Source: Macrostomum lignano (Eukaryota). From it: 64,000 nucleotides of DNA. The DNA is taken from the NCBI GenBank assembly GCA_002269645.1, contig NIVC01003680.1:1-64000 (forward strand), read 5' to 3'. A program made the position numbers and the translations under genes. Shown piece after piece: positions 1-12,039 of the stretch (positions are counted from its first letter, which is position 1; every line of letters begins with the position of its first letter). The notes beneath the pieces are model-generated. The model was given only the letters and a program-made list of their open reading frames with translations. It ran no database searches and was not told the origin of the DNA.

Positions 1-3000
1 TTGGACGCTTAGGGGCAGCCCCCAACATGTCCCACCGGCTACCAGTGTTTAACCGCTGGTACCCGGAGGGAAACCTGCACCAAGATCCTGCATCATGGTG
101 TCCAGTTCTATTAACGCATGGCTCAGATCAGACCTGTCCACCAGGGACATCTGTGTCATCCAGTCTGAAGACATACTCCCTGGGAGGACTACCCTCATCG
201 CCTCGGTTTACCTACGGGCGACGGCGAGATGATCCCAGTAGAGCTTGTCACACTGGTCGAGCTCTGCTCCACCAGAAACTATGAGCTGCTCGTGGCAGGT
301 GACATCAATGCCCACCCACCCACTGGGGCAGTTCTGATATAAACCAGAGAGGTGAAGACTTCCTGGCTTATATTGCTACTACAACCCTTGAGTTCTGTAA
401 CTCGGGTAGTACCCCTACCTTCAATAACGGACGCCGATCGGAGGTGCTGGATGCCACCCTCGCCACGCCAGGCTCTTCCGGGCACTAGGGAGTGGCGGGT
501 GCTTCCTGAGGCGTCCCTCTCCGATCACAAGTTCATCTCTTTCACGCTGGCCAGCGCCCGTAACGCAGGCCAGCTTTACTGGAAACGGAATGCTAGGAAT
601 ACCGACTGGACCGCCTTCAGGCTTGCCCTGGAGGAGACCTATCGTTGCACTAGCACTCCAGTCTCCATCAACACCTGCGAAGAAGCAGATGAATTTGCGG
701 CCGCACTTACGGACTCGCTCACTGCTGCCTTCGAAGCCTCATGCCCACTAAAGGCATATAAAGGCAAACAGTCGGCCCCATGGTGGAACCGCAGCTTGGC
801 GACCTCCGTCGCAGAGCCAAAAGGCTTCACCGCAGGGCCCAAAAACTAAAAACCGGCCGACCAAACCGCCTACCTGAACTCTATCACGAGTTCAAGAGGC
901 AGGTTAGGAACGCCAAAACCAACAAGTGGCGCGAATACTGTGAGGAACTTGAGGGCTCCCGCCCCACCTCCAGAATCGTTAAAGCCCTCACCCTGGACAA
1001 AATGTCCAAACTCTCCTCAGTCAAGAGAGCCGACGGCTCGCTTTACTGAGAACCCAGGAGAAACACTGGAAGCGATGCTAACAGCGTTTTTCCCGAACGA
1101 GCCAGCCAGGCCCGACCCCCTGACCACTCAGTGGCGGGACACGTACTGGCTGACTCAATCATCACGGAGGACCGCGTTACTAAAGCTGTCTCCTCCTTCA
1201 AACCCTTCAAATCCCCAGGACCGGACGGCGTGTGCCAGCCTTCCTGCGGGAGGCGGTGAAATGCACCGGTTTCCTGCGGAACCTTTGCCGGCTTCTGAAA
1301 GCCTGCATTGTGCTCGGCTTTGCTCCGAAATCCTGGACCGAGGCCAAGGTGGTATTTATCCCCAAGCCTGGCCGACCGGACTACCGGTCCATTAAATCCT
1401 TCAGACCAATTAGCCTCACCTCCTCATTGGTGAAGCTGTTAGAGAGACTGGTGCTCTGGCGCCTCCTCTCTGTGGAACTGAAGAACAAGCCGCTCAGTGA
1501 GAACCAGCATGCCTTTCGGGCAGGCAGGTCCACGGAGAGCGCGCTTCACGTTGGTTGACATGCTGGAGAAAGCCGTTCTTGGTAATGGCTACGCTCTCGC
1601 TGTCTTCCTCGACATTGTTGGAGCCTTTGATAATGTCCTCTTTGAGGCTTTTGACAGAGCTCTACGTGCTAGAAAAACCCACTCGCACCTCACCCGGTGG
1701 ATCATGTATATGATCAGCCACCGTACTGCCACCGCACACCTGTTGGGCCACCAACGGACGGTAACCGTCTGCAAAGGCAGCCCCCAGGGCGGTGTCCTCT
1801 CTCCAGTTCTCTGGAACATGGTCATCGATGAGCTCCTCCAGGACAGCCATCTTGACCCCATCCTCAAGGTCGGTTACGCCGATGATGTCACAGCCGTGGC
1901 ATCCGGACCGTCACCTGAAACCCTTAGAGATCTTCTGCAAAACTTCATTCGCTCTGCTGAACGTTGGGCGGACAGGTGCGGCCTCAGGCTCTCCGAGACC
2001 AAAACTGTCGCGATCATGTTCACCAGCAGGGTTAACTGGCGTATTCGCCCACTAAAGCTTTACGGGGTGGAAATTCCATCCTGCAAGCAAACCAAGTGTC
2101 TCGGCGTTACGCTGGACCACCGGCTGAGCTGGTCCACCCACGTCCAGGCCAAAACCAAAAAAGCCCTCGCGATTCTTGCGCAGCTGCGCAGAGCCGTCGG
2201 CACCACCTGGGCCTCACCCCGAAACGGCTCTGGTGGACCTATACCGCAATGGTCCGACCGGCCGTTACTTACGCCGGTCTGGTCTGGACCAGCGCCTTGC
2301 AGATTAAAACCTGCCACGAAGCCCTCAAAAAGGTGCAGGGACGTGCGTGCCGCATGATCCTGAATGCCCGCTCTCTGCTCCCTTTGACGGCCTCAACGCC
2401 TTTCTCTGCCTCCCGCCTCTGGACATCTTTGTCCGTCGCGAGGCTGCTAAAACCACCCGCCGGCTCATCGAGGCTGGTGTTAGCTTCAAGCCACAAAGAG
2501 CGATGGCGAAGCGCAAGCTCCTGCCGCACTCTGACCTGTGCCTTAAAGTTCTGGAGGAGAGTGGGAGTGCGGCTGTCCTTTCGGACGCTGAACCGCGCTC
2601 CCTCAATCTCTACCAACGCTTCAAGGTCACGATCCCCTCCAGGGAGAACGCCAACGACAGCTGGGCCCCTCAGGAGGTTCACTGCTTCACTGACGGATCC
2701 TCCAAAGACGGTTTATCCGGCTTTGGAGTCTGTATCCTTATCAACGGCCGCGTGATTGCTACTCACGCCCAACACACTGGCAGACTCTCCAGCGTCTTCC
2801 AGAATGAAGTCCTTGCCATCAGCTCCTGTGCAGCTGAGCTCCACCGCAAGGACTTCAAGGACAGAAGAATCTTCTTCCACTCTGACAGCCAGGCCGCTTT
2901 ACAGGCCCTGTGTCACACCACTACGAACTCCCGAACAGTCCGCGACTGTATCGGGCAGCTCAACAAGCTGGCTCGGAGGAACACCGTCCGGCTCACGTGG

Positions 3001-3675
3001 ATCCCAGGACACGCCGGCTTCAAAGGTAACGAGCTCGCCGACTCCCTCGCTAAGGCGGGCTGTTCCGGCTCGCCCCTTGGCCCCGTGCCCCTGGCCCCAT
3101 CCCCGCCACAGTCATTAATCGTCAGATTAACGACTGGGCGGACATCCTGCACTTGCGCAGATGGGATGGTATCTCCAACTGCCGCCAATCTCGTGCGGCA
3201 GTGCCCAATCCGTCCCTCAAGCTGCGGAGAATCCTTTTGAATCAAAATCGAAAAGATATCCGCGCTCTCACTATGACCTTCACAGGTCACGGTTGCTTTG
3301 CCAGGCACTGCTTCCTCCGATGTGTTCGCCGGAGTGAACTCTGCCCCTTCTGCAGCCTCGAGAATGAAGATGCCATGCACTTCGTCTGCTACTGCCCGGC
3401 CTTCAACCGAGACCGGCTCAACCACCTCGGGCCCAACCCGTCCCTGGACGACGTTTGCCGGCCCGAGAACATCCCACGGCTCATCCGGTTCCTCCGGGCC
3501 ACCAAGCGAGCCTCCGTCTTCCCCACCGAAGACAACGCTGCAGACAGGACCGGCAGACCTCCCTGACCGGCCCCGCGCCCTAGCCTATGCGGGTCTTTCA
3601 GGGATTAGCGGAATGGCGACGCTCGCCTCCCCGCTGCGTCTTCGGACCGCCCTGCAGCTAAGATAAGAAGAAGAC
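1..3675 (+). mobile_element. Non-LTR retrotransposon (LINE), LOA/Lian-like: APE endonuclease, reverse transcriptase, RNase H, C-terminal Cys/His motif; several frameshifts; 5' end outside window
   Basis: Motifs across shifting frames: APE (GDINAH, PTF, SDH); RT (SFRPISLTS, QHAFRAGRSTE, FLDIVGAFDNV, GSPQGGVLSPVLWN, YADD); RNase H (FTDGSS, SVFQNEVLAI, SDSQAAL, WIPGHAGFKGNELADSLA); TGHGCFARH..CPFC..EDAMHFVCYCP. Stop at 3566, short 3' UTR ending taagataagaagaaga. Clade call is from recalled motif similarity. Confidence 0.93.
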
Positions 3676-3740
3676 GGATGCTATGAAGGACTCAACACAG
3701 TACTAAAATAAGAAACACATAACTCATAAACAACAATGGA

Positions 3741-4150
3741 AAAACACACATCTCATGGAGGAAAACACATCTCATGAAGAACCACATCTCATAGGAAGAA
3801 CCACAATCTCATAGGAAGAACCACAATCTCATAGAAGAACCACATCTCATAGGAAGACCACAATCTCATAGAAGAACCACAATCTCATAGGAAGAACCAC
3901 AATCTCATAGGAAGAACCACAATCTCATAGGAAGAACCAAATCTCATAGGAAGAACCACAATCTCATAGGAAGAACCACAATCTCATAGGAAGAACCACA
4001 ATCTCATAGGAAGAACCACAATCTCATAGGAAGAACCACAATCTCATAGGAAGAACCACAATCTCATAGGAAGAACCACAATCTCATAGGAAGAACCACA
4101 ATCTCATAGGAAGAACCACAATCTCATAGGAAGAACCACAATCACATAGG
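3741..4150. repeat. 20-bp minisatellite (aggaagaaccacaatctcat)n
   Basis: Direct tandem units visible. Confidence 0.95.
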
Positions 4151-4235
4151 GAGAAACACACATCATGCGAAGAAACACATAATAGACAGTAAACACAAAT
4201 TAGAGCAATTAAACACACAAAACCGGCCAGCTCAC

Positions 4236-4700
4236 ATCGGCAACGCCAGTTCTGGCGCTCCGCCGGACAGACTCGTCCCCGGCCAGGCCCACCGGAGTCC
4301 AACCCGGCCCGGGCGGATGCCGAAACGGCCGCTGTCCGAAATTCACGTCCACAGTCTGGTCGCGGAGGCACACCACGGGATAATAAGTGGTGGAGTCGCC
4401 GCGGGCGGCAGGCGGCAGGGCATAGGCCTGGCCAAACGATTTGCCGTTCTTGGCGAACGCGATCGCCCCGGCGCCGAAGTCCAGGTAGCAGCCGATCACG
4501 TCGCCTCCGCTGTACGGCTCACCGTACACGTCAATCTGATCGCTGTGCATCTTCTTGCCCTGGCTGCCGGCCAGACCGAAGCCGTCCGGATCCGCGCCGT
4601 ACGCCCAGCCCTGGCTGTCCCGGCCGGCGTCCAAGCTGCCCGACTCGGTGGCCCAGCCGACTCGGGCGAGGGCGGCCGGCTGCGACTCCAGCGGCTCCGC
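4236..4700 (-). CDS. FERM-SPRY locus exon: C-terminal part of SPRY domain 2 (DDX1-type)
   Basis: ctccag|GCG acceptor, GAT|gtgag donor, 155 codons: ARVGWATESGSLDAG..GKKMHSDQIDVYGEPYSGGDVIGCYLDF..FAKNGKSFGQAY..YPVVCL..VNFG. The donor implies the gene continues beyond the LINE, out of the window. Confidence 0.9.
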
Positions 4701-4729
4701 CTGGAGTTGGAGCGGTCAAAATCAATTAA

Positions 4730-5810
4730 TCTACTCTACTCGGAGCCTATCTACCCTACTCGGAGCCTATCTACCCTACTCGGAGCCTATCTACTCTACT
4801 CGGAGCCTATCTACCCTACTCGGAGCCTATCTACCCTACTCGGAGCCTATCTACTCTACTCGGAGCCTATCTACTCTACTCGGAGCCTATCTACCCTACT
4901 CGGAGCCTATCTACCCTACTCGGAGCCTATCTACCCTACTCGGAGCCTATCTACTCTACTCGGAGCCTATCTACCCTACTCGGAGCCTATCTACTCTACT
5001 TGGAGCCTATCTACTCTACTCGGAGCCTATCTACCCTACTCGGAGCCTATCTACCCTACTCGGAGCCTATCTACTCTACTCGGAGCCTATCTACTCTACT
5101 CGGAGCCTAGCTACTCTACTCGGAGCCTATCTACTCTACTCGGAGCCTATCTACTCTACTCGGAGCCTATCTACTCTACTCGGAGCCATCTACTCTACTC
5201 GGAGCCTATCTACTCTACTCGGAGCCTAGCTACTTACTCGGAGCCTAGCTACTCTACTCGGAGCCTAGCTACTCTACTCGGAGCCTATCTACCCTACTCT
5301 GAGCCTATCTACTCTACTCGGAGCCTATCTACCCTACTCGGAGCCTATCTACTCTACTCGGAGCCTATCTACTCTACTCGGAGCCATCTACCCTATTCGG
5401 AGCCTAGCTACCCTACTCCGAGCCTATCTACTCTACTCGGAGCCATCTACCCTACTCGGAGTCTAGCTACTCTACTCGGAACAATCTACCCTACTCGGAG
5501 CCTATCTACTCTACTCGGAGCCTATCTACTCTACTCGGAGCCTATCTACTCTACTCGGAGCCATCTACCCTACTCGGAGCCTAGTACTCTACTCGGAGCC
5601 TAGCTACCCTACTCGGAGCCTATCTACTCTACTCGGAGCCTATCTACTCTACTCTGAGCCTATCTACCTTACTGGGAGCCTATCTAACCTACTGTGAGCC
5701 TATCTAACCTACTGTGAGCCTATCTAACCTACTGTGAGCCTATCTAACCTACTGTGAGCCTATCTACCCTACTGTGGGCCTATCTAACCTACTGTGAGGC
5801 TATCTACCCT
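4730..5810. repeat. 20-bp intronic minisatellite (ctcggagcctatctactcta)n
   Basis: Tandem units visible. Confidence 0.95.
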
Positions 5811-5890
5811 ACTCAGATTTATTTATCCTACTCTAGGCCTCTCTAACGGCACAGTTTTGAGACAGAAAATGCACACAAACATGTACGAAC

Positions 5891-6215
5891 CTCGTAATAG
5901 AAGCGGCCAGGCCCGCCGGCCACCGCTCGGACGCCTTTGGCGGCGCGGACGCCCTGCCAGCCGAAGCCGAGACGGCCCTGCGCCGAAGCTCCGTCAGGGC
6001 CAAGCGCCAGGCCCGGGCCAGTTACGTCGTGATGATTTAGGCGCCAGGCGCGCGGATTATCGGTGCGTTGGTTAACGGGCGCCAGGCCGGCCGGGCGCCA
6101 CGGGCCGCCGGGCAGGTGGCGCAGCGGCTGCGCCGGATCGTCGCCGAAGTTCCAGCGAAGATTGGCGCCGTTTCTAGCGCAGCCGGCCGGGAAGAAGGTC
6201 TCGGCGCGGAGATCC
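5891..6215 (-). CDS. FERM-SPRY locus exon: end of SPRY1 and start of SPRY2
   Basis: ctgcag|G GAT, GAG|gttcgt; phase 2 in, phase 0 out, matching both neighbours. DLRAETFFPAGCARNGANLRWNFGD..WRLNHHDV..WQGVRAAKGV..GRFYYE. Missed by the ORF track. Confidence 0.88.
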
Positions 6216-6359
6216 CTGCAGGTGGGCGGGGGTTGCAGGTGTACACGTGTAGCTTGCTTAGTCCGTCAATTCTGATCTCCTCATAATACTATCCATCCGC
6301 TCTTACTCAAAATCTATCCAATTATTATCGTGTCTCCATAAAATTTCATCAAGTTTTAA

Positions 6360-6770
6360 AACTCCATCTCACCCTAATCTTATGCTATCTCACTCAATCT
6401 CATCTTCATTTCTCGCACCAATCTTATCTTATCTCACATCAATCTCATCCTATCTCACATTAATCTCATCCTATCTCACACTAATCTCATCCTATCTCAC
6501 ACCAATCTCATCCTATCTCACACCAATCTCATCCTATCTCACACCAATCTCATCCTATTTCACACCAATCTCATCTTATGTCACCCCAGACTTATCTTAT
6601 CTCACATCAGTCTCATACTATCTCACCCCATTTCACGTATCTCATCTCAATATCATCCAATCTCACCCAATCTTACCCTATCTCACAAATGTCGCTCTTA
6701 TCTCACCCTATCTCGTATAAAATCACTCAATCTCACCGCATCTCACCTCAATCTAATAAAAATCTCCCCT
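6360..6770. repeat. Degenerate ~21-bp minisatellite (atctcatcctatctcacacca)n
   Basis: Tandem units visible. Confidence 0.85.
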
Positions 6771-7284
6771 AGCCATCTATTCAACACAAACACCGCTGAA
6801 ACTGTACAGCAGGGCTGACAGAGCACTTTATCAACAATTGTTAAACAAACAGTTTATTAGCTACTTGGCAAATTTCAGTCCCGTTATATCAATACTCGAT
6901 CGACTATATTAGGCCAGACAAAGAATAATTATAAGCATCCTATAAATAGTTAAAGCCAGACAGAAAAGCCGTTATTTTATTGAAAAAAACTGCAAAAACT
7001 ATAGAAACTGCATATGCATAAATCATACTGCACTGCCGGGCATGCACTTCCTGTCGCTTTGATCTGAAAGGCATATCATTATTATTGTTTCTGTTGTCTT
7101 TTTGGGCTCCAATTTATACAAACTCTGGCAATAAATTTTATTAGGTCAGAGCAGCGATTCAAAATGCAAACACCAATTCATAATAGGATTATTAAAATTT
7201 ATTGCCCCGCTTATTATAATATTGTTGGTGCGCTGGGGTCATAGAAAGTGTCATTAGCTAGACTAGCAGGTAAATAAATAAGGA

Positions 7285-8440
7285 CACGTAAGCAGGCGGC
7301 AGATAAGCAGGCAGGTAGATGAGCAGGCGAGTAGATAAGCAGGCGGGTAGATAAGCAGGCGTAGTAAGCAGGCAGGTAGATAAGCAGGCAGGTAGATAAG
7401 CAGGCGAGTAGATAAACAGGCGGGTAGATAAGCAGGCAGGTAGATAAGCAGGCAGGTAGATAAGCAGGCGAGTAGATAAGCAGGCGGGTAGATAGGCAGG
7501 CAGGTAGATAAGCAGGCAAGTAGAAAACAGGGTAGATAAGCAGGTAGATAAGCAGGCGGGTAGATAAGCAGGTAGATAAGCAGGCGGGTAGATAAGCAGA
7601 AAGGTAGATAAGCAGGCGGGTAGATAAGCAGGCAGGTAGATAAGCAGGCAAGTAGATAAGCAGGCGAGTAGATAAGCAGGCGGGTAGATAAGCAGGCAGG
7701 TAGATAAGCAGGCGAGTAGATAGGCAGGCAGGTAGATAAGCAGGCAAGTAGAAAACAGGGTAGATAAGCAGGTAGATAAGCAGGCAAGTAGATAAGCAGG
7801 CGAGTAGATAAGCAGGCGGGTAGATAAGCAGGCAGGTAGATAAGCAGGCAGGTAGATAAGGCGAGGTAGATAAGCAGGCGGTAGATAAGCAGGCAGGTAG
7901 ATAAGCAGGCAAGGTAGAAAAGCAGGGTAGATAAGCAGGTAGATAAGCAGGCGGGTAGATAAGCAGAAGGTAGATAAGCAGGCGGGTAGATAAGCAGACA
8001 GGTAGATAAGCAGCAGGTAGATAAGCAGCAGGTAGATAAGCAGGCGGGTAGATAAGCAGGTAGATAAGCAGGCGGATAGATAAGCAGGCAGGTAGATAAG
8101 CAGGCAGGTAGATAAGCAGATAGGTAGATAAGCAGGTAGATAAGCAGGCGGGTAGATAAGCAGGTAGATAAGCAGGCGGGTAGATAAGCAGGTAGATAAG
8201 AAGGCGGGTAGATAAGCAGGCGGGTAGATAAGCAGGTAGATAAGCAGGCGGGTAGATAAGCAGGTAGATAAGCAGGCGGGTAGATAAGCAGGCAGGTAGA
8301 TAAGCAGGCGGGTAGATACGCAGGTAGATAAGCAGGCAGGTAGATGAGCAGGCGGGTAGATAAGCAGGAAGGTAGATAAGCAGGCGGGTAGATAAGCAGG
8401 AAGGTAGATAAGCAGGCGGGTAGATAAGCAGGCATATAGA
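7285..8440. repeat. 12/16-bp minisatellite (gtagataagcaggc(g/a)g)n
   Basis: Tandem units visible. Confidence 0.95.
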
Positions 8441-8459
8441 TGAGCAGTGCGGAACTCAC

Positions 8460-9172
8460 CTATTCAGGCTGTAAGCCTGGCCCTGCTCGGCGCCATTCAC
8501 AGAGAACAGCGCCAGGCCGCTGTCCAGGTCCAGAGCGGCTCCGACAACGTCGCCCGGCCGCAGGCGGCAGCCGTAGTCTTCAACCTGGCCGGCCAAGCAC
8601 TTGGTGGCCTGTCGGCCGTCCGGCCCGCCGGCCCCAAACCCGAATCCGTGTCCGTCGGCGGCTCCGAGCCGAAGTCCAGCCGACGCCGTCGCCCAGCCGA
8701 TGCGAGCATCGACGTCGGCGTCCCGGTTGGCACCGTCGGGCACGTCGACAACGACCTCGAAGTACCACTGGCCGCCGTTTCTGACGCCGGAGTCGGCCCG
8801 AACGCCGAGCCAGTCGCCGCCCGGACAGGCGGCGGTCAGCAGCGGCGGTCGGCGAGTCTCGTCGCCATCGACTGTTTGGTCGGCGATCGCCACCGAGGCG
8901 CCGGCGCCGTCAACGTCGGCGTCCAGCGGCGTTAGGCACCACCGGCGCGGCCTGACGACTCCAGTTCGATGCGGCGATCGAACTGTTCTCGAGCTGGCAG
9001 AGTGGAGTGCTGGTGCTGCTGGTGCTGATAGTCCTGAGGTGTGCTCTGCGCCGGGTAGTAGCGGGAGGCCGTGGCCGCCGCGCTGCCGGTGCCGTTGAGA
9101 CCGGGGCCGCCCAGCTGCGGCTCGTAAGTGCTGAATGCGTCTTCTGAGCGGTGCGGGAATGGGGTGCCGGAC
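8460..9172 (-). CDS. FERM-SPRY locus exon: low-complexity linker plus SPRY domain 1 (frame ambiguity near 8945)
   Basis: gtcag|G acceptor, AAT AG|gtgag donor. WCLTPLD..DWLGVRADSGV..WYFEV..ARIGWAT..GFGFG..EDYG..GDVVGAALDLDSG..FSVNG..GQAY. Confidence 0.85.
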
Positions 9173-9733
9173 CTGACACAGACTCTGACTAGCTCAGTAC
9201 AGACTCTGACTAGCTCAGTACAAACTCTGACCAACTCAGTACAGACTCTGACTAGCTCAGTACAGACTCTGACTAGCTCAGTACAGACTCTGACCAACTC
9301 AGTACAGACTCTGACCACCTCAGTACAGATTCTGACCAGCTCAGTACAGACTCTGACTAGCTCAGTACAGACTCTGACTAGCTCAGTACAGACTCTGACC
9401 AACTCAGTACAGACTCTGACCAACTCAGTACAGACTCTGACCAACTCAGTACAGACTCTGACCAACTCAGTACAGACTCTGACTAGCTCAGTACAGACTC
9501 TGACTAGCTCAGTACAGACTCTGACCAGCTCAGTACAGACTCTGACCAGCTCAGTACAGACTCTGACTAGCTCATTACAGACTCTGACTAGCTCAGTACA
9601 GACTCTGAACAACTCATTACAGACTCTGACTAGCTCAGTACAGACTCTGACCAACTCAGTACAGACTCTGACTAGCTCAGTACAGACTCTGACCAACTCA
9701 GTACAGACTCTGACCAGCTCAGTACAGACTCAC
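9173..9733 (-). repeat. Intron composed entirely of a 21-bp repeat (gagctagtcagagtctgtact)n
   Basis: Runs from the donor gtgagtctgtact to the acceptor gagtctgtgtcag. Confidence 0.9.
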
Positions 9734-9896
9734 CCTTCTTTCGAAAGCTCTTGCGCATCCCGGGAGTGATGAGTGCCTCGGGCAGCGGCCCCAGAGTCTG
9801 GTCATTCATCTGGCCCTAGTGGGCCCGGTGTAGTTCCAATTGCGTTTGAATGTTCCCGGAATTAGCGGCTTAGCTGGCTTCTCTGGCGACTTGAGC
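9734..9896 (-). CDS. FERM-SPRY locus exon: FERM-adjacent (FA) region, with an in-frame TGA or frameshift at ~9808-9818
   Basis: ggcag|G CTC AAG, AAG G|gtgag. RLKSPEKP..KRNWNYTGPT resembles the band 4.1 FA motif (RYSGRTQ). Confidence 0.75.
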
Positions 9897-10259
9897 CTGC
9901 CAAAAATAGTACGGAGTGGTAGATGCCTGCGTTTATACATTCAGCTATACATACGAAATTTGATACTGGCTAAATCTATGCTAAATCAAGATGCTATTAA
10001 TAAAAGTGCACGCTCCTGATGCTTAAATTCCATGTTAAAAATCCTTATTTAAAGTCAATGCTCAATCAGGAAGCTACTACTTAAACTCTACTTAGTAAAA
10101 TATAGCATTATCAAAAGTCTATGTTTTATTCAAATGCTATTATTAGAAACTAGCAATCAGCGTCCCCGTTTAGGAGGAATAAACTAAATTTAGCTTCTGA
10201 CTTCAGCCTTAACATTTCAGCGATTCCCCAATAAATCTTTAATTTTTGCAATGACGCCT

Positions 10260-11000
10260 TTGTTTGACATGAGGCTTCTTCTATGTTTGACATGAGGCTT
10301 CTTCTATGTTTGACATGAGGCTTTTATGTTTGACATGAGGCTTCTTCTATGTTTGACATGAGGCTTCTTTTATGTTTGACATGAGGCTTCTTCTATGTTT
10401 GACATGAGGCTTCTTTTATGTTTGACATGAGGCTTCTTTTATGTTTGACATGAGGCTTCTTCTATGTTTGACATGAGGCTTCTTCTATGTTTGACATGAG
10501 GCTTCTTCTATGTTTGACATGAGGCTTTTATGTTTGACATGAGGCTTCTTTTATGTTTGACATGAGGCTTCTTCTATGTTTGACATGAGGCTTCTTCTAT
10601 GTTTGACACGAGGCTTTTATGTTTGACATGAGGCTTCTTTTATGTTTGACATGAGGCTTCTTCTATGTTTGACATGAGGCTTTTATGTTTGACATGAGGC
10701 TTCTTCTATGTTTGACATGAGGCTTCTTTTATGTTTGACATGAGGCTTCTTCTATGTTTGACATGAGGCTTCTTTTATGTTTGACATGAGGCTTCTTCTA
10801 TGTTTGACATGAGGCTTCTTCTATGTTTGACATGAGGCTTTTATGTTTGACATGAGGCTTCTTTTATGTTTGACATGAGGCTTCTTCTATGTTTGACATG
10901 AGGCTTTTATGTTTGACATGAGGCTTCTTCTATGTTTGACATGAGGCTTCTTTTATGTTTGATATGAGGCTTCTTTTGTGTTTGATATGACACTTTTATG
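10260..11000. repeat. 23-bp satellite (atgtttgacatgaggcttcttct)n
   Basis: Tandem units; related to the 47.6-50.6 kb array. Confidence 0.95.
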
Positions 11001-11009
11001 TTTTACGTG

Positions 11010-11475
11010 ACCTAACCCTTACCTAAACCCAAACCTGAACCTAAAACCTAAACCCAAACTAAACCCAAACCTGAACCTAAAACCTAAACCCAAACTAAAC
11101 CCAAACCTGAACCTAAAACCTAAACCCAAACTAAACCCAAACCTGAACCTAAAACCTAAACCCAAACTAAACCCAAACCTGAACCTAAAACCTAAACCCA
11201 AACTTAAACCCAAACCTAAACCCAAACTTAAACACAAGCCTAAACCTAAAACTTAAACCCAACCTAAACCTAAAATCTAAACCAAAACCTAAACCCAAAC
11301 CTAAACCCAAACCTAAACCCAAACCTAAACCCAAATCTAAACCCAAACCTAAACCCAAATCTAAACCCAAACCTAAACCCAAACCTAAACCAAACCTAAA
11401 CCCAAACCTAAACCCAACCATAAACCCAAATCTTAACCCAAACCTAAACCCAAACCCAGACCCAAACCCTAACCT
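11010..11475. repeat. Telomere-like variant repeat (cctaaa/cccaaa/ccctaa)n, interstitial
   Basis: Hexamer variants of CCCTAA. Confidence 0.85.
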
Positions 11476-11520
11476 AGCCGGCAGTCAATTGCCGAGCTGT
11501 CACTAATAAACCAGGCGCAC

Positions 11521-11942
11521 CTGAAGAATCCGTGATGCTCCACCACGGCCCGCCACAGCCGCTTCGCCAGTTTAGACGAAGCGCATCGAAATTCCACCAC
11601 CCGTTCACCGCGCCAGTCGGAATCGGCCGGTCGCAGGGCGATCCTCAGCGAGCTGCGCTTGTAGGACACCCGCATGATCTTCGGCCAGGAGAACCGGTTG
11701 ATCCGCAAGCTGTTGCGGTACACCAGCACGCCGCCGTGGTACACGCCGACGTAGATCTCATCTCCGCGACTGTCGCGAGCTTCGTGCATGTCAACGCCGT
11801 ACATTGCCAGCTTCTTGGCGTTCTGCAGAAAATGCTGATCAGCCTCTTCGGGCGTCATGCCGCTGTGCGATCGGTGCAAATCAATCACCCGCTCTTGGAG
11901 GTCGCGGTGTGCGCGGAACTCCTCCGGGCAGAATGGACAGTC
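11521..11942 (-). CDS. FERM-SPRY locus exon: FERM B/C lobes (protein 4.1/coracle type)
   Basis: gtcag|GAC, TTC AG|gtgcg. LQERVIDLHRSHSGMTPEEADQHFLQNAKKLAMYGVDMH..INRFSWPKIMRVSYKRS..AKRLWRAVVEHHGFFR. Confidence 0.95.
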
Positions 11943-12039
11943 CTGACGGTGGGGCGGGCAGGATTTAAGGTTGCTCATTGATCCCGCCCGACTTAAACAG
12001 TTGGACTTTTGCTGTTGATATTGCTGCTGTTTGAGTATT

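Noticed and set aside
279-3425. Antisense and alternate-frame ORFs over the LINE
   Set aside because: Shadow ORFs of GC-rich retroelement coding sequence
4317-8459. Repeat ORFs such as (YSEPIYSTRSLSTLLGAYL)n and (YLPACLST)n
   Set aside because: Products of tandem repeats with frequent frame-breaking unit variants, located in introns
4236-8893. SPRY exons as the DDX1 gene itself (or hnRNP U)
   Set aside because: Two SPRY copies, with no helicase Q/I motifs before the first and no SAP or P-loop domain seen; only the domain type is shared
8932-9696. Intron-retained heptad protein (VRVCTEL)n fused to the linker
   Set aside because: In that frame a TGA lies at intron positions 2-4, so retention would terminate translation
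11010-11475. True telomere or chromosome-fusion site
   Set aside because: Degenerate units inside an intron of a gene with intact exons on both sides; no head-to-head arrays
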